From an uncultured Methanosarcinales archaeon (lineage in GTDB: Archaea; Nanobdellota; Nanobdellia; Woesearchaeales; GW2011-AR9): a stretch of 64,000 nt of DNA. Position numbers and translations under genes: made by a program. Within the stretch, counting starts at the first letter, position 1. Each line of letters opens with the position of its first letter. The notes beneath the pieces were generated by a model, which was given only the letters and a program-made list of their open reading frames with translations, was not told the origin of the DNA and did no database searches. This document shows, one piece after another, positions 58,780-64,000 of this stretch. Location of the stretch: assembly GCA_964344235.1 (NCBI GenBank), contig CAYFMJ010000003.1, forward strand, positions 31,508-95,507, given 5' to 3'.

Positions 58780-58908
58780 ATTTTTGATCGTGAGCAGGTT
58801 TAATTTGTTTGGTATAGCTTCCGCTAGGTTTTCATAAAAAAAAGAAAACAAAGGCGAACAAAAGTTCACCAATGAGATGTAAATGAAAACCATATGTAAG
58901 GTAACACA

Positions 58909-61900
58909 AAGTATGAACGTTAGTAACCGCATGCTGAATCCCTCGTTACCTTGGAACTTACACACCGGTTCTATCAAGCCGCTCTTCTTGCGACGTTCTA
59001 AGGAATCTCTTTTCAAGGTACGCTTCGTGCTTAGATGCGTTCAGCACTTATCACTTATGGCGTAGCTGCCCGGCATGCCTTGTCAGACAACCGGTCGACC
59101 AGTGGCCACGAGCCTCCGTTCCTCTCGTACTAAGAGGTCCTTCCTTTCAGATTCCCAACACTTCCAGTAGATATCAAACAAACTGCCTCACAGCGTTCTG
59201 AACCCAGCTCACGATCCCTTTTAATGGGTGAACACCCCCACCCTTGGCAGCTTCTGCACCGCCAGGATAGGAAGAGCCGACATCGAAGTAGCAAACCGCG
59301 CCGTCGATATGAACTCTCGGGCGCGACAACTCAGTTATCCCCGGAGTAACTTTTCAGTCATTCACAGCCCTCATTAAGAAGGCTTGTGAGTTCGCTAAGC
59401 CACACTTTCGTGTTTGGAATTCGTTATGTTAGAATTCCAATCAGGCTGGCATTTGCCTTTGCACTCCACTTCGGATTTCTAAACCGAATGAGCCAACCTT
59501 TGGGCGCTATTGATATCCTTTCAACAGCGTGCCACCCCAGCCAAACTGTCCACCAACCGGTGTCCCTCAATTTAGAGGTAAGTGATATAGTTTCTAATAA
59601 GTGGTGTTACATTGACGCCTCAGTACTTCTCTGACGACAAGTACCTCAAACAGCTCCCACTTACGCTATATATTAAAAGCCACATCACAGCGACAGGCTA
59701 CAGTAAAGTTTCACGGGGTCTTCGCTTCCCACTGGAAGTCCCTGGCCTTTGCACCAGGACAGAGTATTCGGGAGATTCTACGTTGGGACAGTGGCGATCT
59801 CGTTATACCATTCATGCAGGCCGTCATTCAAACGGCAAGGCATTTCGCTCACGTCTGTTACTTTCACTCAGAAGAGTTACTGACCATTGGAATATGGCGG
59901 ATATACATTTCTGCATATCTCCTTACATCGCTGCAAGGATCGGACTATATCTTCATCTGTTGCCAGATGTTTGGCGTATAGTCTCTGAGGATTCTTCTTT
60001 AAGAAAGAAGTCTTTCCTGCTGATTGTCTCCACTTATTGATTTTCAGGGGTCGTTGCTTTGTTACCAAAACAATATCCTACAACAAGATACAGAGATTTT
60101 CCAGCATATAGCCAAATTTTTATCTCAGTTTTTTCGGTATCTGTTTAACAACCTGAGACTTAAGGCAACGAAGTGCTTACCTTAAGAGAGTTATAGTTAC
60201 TCCCGCCGTTTACCAGCTCTTCACCCCGTTGGAACGAGGCTTAAAGTACTGGCACTGGGCAGATATCACCTTCTATACACATCTTTACAGACTAGCAGAA
60301 AGTTTTGTTTTTGTTAAACAGTCGGACCACCTTTGTTACTGCGCCCTGGACTCGCACTCATGCGAATACGAATTCAGGGATCCCTTATACCGAAGGTACG
60401 GGACTAATTTGCCGAATTCCCTAACGTAGATTAAACTCACACATCTTAGGCTTCTCACCTAGGGGCACCAGTGCCGGTTCTGGGTACGGTTACTTCAGAT
60501 TTATTTCCATTCCCTTTTCAGGGGCTCCAGATACCAACCAAACGAACCATAGGTCCGCCATTCTACAATTTAATCATGTTCTCATCATTACGATACTCCC
60601 ATGATGTATCTGTATTAGCACTTCCGACAAGAAGTGTTGGTCTCTTCCAAAGCGTTAGAAATGGAACTTGCGTCGCCGCACATACTAAAGTAGTAGTGGA
60701 ATATTAACCACTTTCCCTTTCCCATTACTCCGTTAGGAGATTGGTTAGGACCGACTAACCCTTGGCTGATTGACATTGCCAAGGAACCCTTGCCCTTACG
60801 ATGGTACGGATTCTCACCGTACTAAGATCCTACTTTCACCAGGATATTCATTTCTTCCAGGTCCACGTCTCCTCACGGAAACGCTTCTGCCCTAGAAAAA
60901 CGCCCACCTATCCCCACTTTCGTGGTCTATGGTATCGGCGGTCAGCTTAGACCCGTCAATTTTCCGGGCCCACGACCTCAACAAGTAAGCTGTTACGCAC
61001 TTTTTAAAGGATGGCTGCTTCTAAGCCAACCTCCTTGCTGTCTAAGATCACGGACTCCGTTTACCCTTTATCACTTAGCTGACACTTAGGGGCCTTAACC
61101 ATAGTCTGGGTTGTTCCCCTCACGGAAATCAAGTTTACCCCAAGATCCCCTGTTTCCCAGAGTCTACAACGTTACAGCATTCGGAGTTGGACAGGAAACC
61201 GACAGATTTCTCCGCCTAAATCCCCTATCCGTAGCTCTACAACCGTAACCATCTCGTCTGAGACTTGACTAAGGTCAATTTCGGTAGGAACCTGCTATTG
61301 CCGAGCTCGATTGGCTTTTCACCCCTATTCCCAAGTCAGAAAAACACTTGCACGTAGAACTTCTTCAGGCCTCCACGACGTCTTACCATCGCTTCACCTT
61401 GCTCAGGAATAGATCGCCCGGTTTCAGGTCGTATCCCTGTGACTTATGGCACTTATCATACCATTCTCCTCGTAAACTGCGAGATTTTGCTTTCGCTTTG
61501 GCTCCCCTTTTACAGGTTAACCTCGCCACAGAAATACACTCCCTGGCACGTTATTCAAAACGCACGGTACAACTCCTAAGAGCAGTACCTCACTATCGCT
61601 ACTAGATTTCAGAGTCTTTGAACTCCCTATCAAGGGTTCTTTTCAACTTTCCCTCACGGTACTTGTATGCTATCGGTTTCGAAACGTGTTTAGTCTTAGA
61701 GGTTAATGCCCCCCATATTCCCACTCCATTTTCAAGGAGCAGTACTCCGGAGACTTCCTAGGACCAACGTATCTTACTTTACGGGACTATCACCCTGTAT
61801 CGTGTTGCTTTCCAGCAAACTTCAAGTCAATACTTTGGCCGTAATGGAAATCCATACACCACATCTCCATTACATTACTGTAACAGATTCAGTTTGGACT

Positions 61901-62132
61901 ATACCGCTTTCGTTCGCCACTACTCACGGCATCTCAATTGATTTCTTTTCCTGCAGGTACTAAGACGCTTCAATTCCCTGCGTTCCCCTACCTAAAAAGG
62001 TATAGAAGAGAGAAGTCTCATTCGGACATCTCTGGTTCAATGCCTACATGCGACTCGCCAGAGCATTTCGTTGCTTGTCACGTCCTTCATCGGCGTTTCG
62101 AACCTAGTCATCCATCTAGCAGCTTCCTAAGA
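58909..62132 (-). rRNA. rrl: 23S rRNA, archaeal; mature ends approximate
   Basis: Sarcin-ricin loop AGTACGAGAGGAAC, GGATAACTGAG, GTTCGCTACTTCGATGTCGGCTC, GAGTAACTATAAC, CGCCGATGAAGGACG on the minus strand. Confidence 0.97.
59850..60178 (-). ncRNA. Group I intron at LSU position 1931 (E. coli numbering), 329 nt, no ORF
   Basis: Inserted in CTTAAGGT^AGCGAAAT, ends in G; IGS GCCTTA; core P TATATGCTGGAAA, Q AATCAGCAGG, R TCAGAGACTA, S AAGATATAGTCC. Confidence 0.95.
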
Positions 62133-62315
62133 TGTGTTACCTTACATATGGTTCATTACTATGATGTGTTAACGTGGAGTTGAACTTCACTCCATCATAT
62201 TTCAACCGTCGTCACCGAGATTGCGAGTTCTCGATATCCGTTTGCTAATTTTTATTAGCGGTTGCGCCCCCTCACCTCGAAAGATTTGGGAACATTTGTG
62301 TGGACTTGTGTCCAA

Positions 62316-62387
62316 TGGACCCTGTGGGATTTGAACCCACGACCTCCTGCTTGCAAGGCAGGCGCTCTCCCCCTGAGCTAAGGGCCC
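62316..62387 (-). tRNA. tRNA-Ala(TGC) in the 16S-23S spacer, CCA not encoded
   Basis: GGGCCCT..CCTGC-CTTGCAA-GCAGG..GGTTCAAATCC..AGGGTCCA; G3:U70. Confidence 0.97.
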
Positions 62388-62431
62388 GGGAAAGTCATTG
62401 TATGTTTGTGCTTTTTCCGAAAAAGGAAAAA

Positions 62432-64000
<1,569 letters not shown>

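Larger units (their letters stand above)
58888..62153. repeat. 21-bp perfect inverted repeat flanking 23S rRNA (processing stem): 58888-58908 and 62133-62153
   Basis: AACCATATGTAAGGTAACACA and its exact reverse complement. Confidence 0.85.

Overview
Archaeal chromosomal window, most likely a DPANN (Woesearchaeota-like) genome. This rests on archaeal 16S/23S rRNA, BHB-type introns and a mosaic of archaeal and bacterial-type enzymes; the taxon call is inference. Host backbone: purA, purD-purB, mqo, mutS, lhr, adk, a Ski2/HelY-like helicase, thrS, a sufBSUCT cluster, purN, tatD, a SpeD-like/deoxyhypusine synthase fusion with agmatinase, and a minus-strand 16S-tRNA(Ala)-23S operon. A ~14.6 kb defective provirus-like element (29418-43985) interrupts a host gene. 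Joining its ends rebuilds a 12-6-12 bp palindromic recombination site. It carries an intact tyrosine recombinase, two orphan DNA methyltransferases, a terminase-small-subunit/tail-fibre chimera and a HEPN-MNT pair. RNA oddities: a 99-nt BHB intron at 16S position 793 that splits the 806R primer site, a 329-nt group I intron at 23S position 1931, and a Ser-shaped tRNA-like gene with an Ile anticodon and a T-loop intron. Several unannotatable genes are broken by single-base deletions in short homopolymers, possibly long-read error. All family calls come from motif recognition by eye; no database searches were run.
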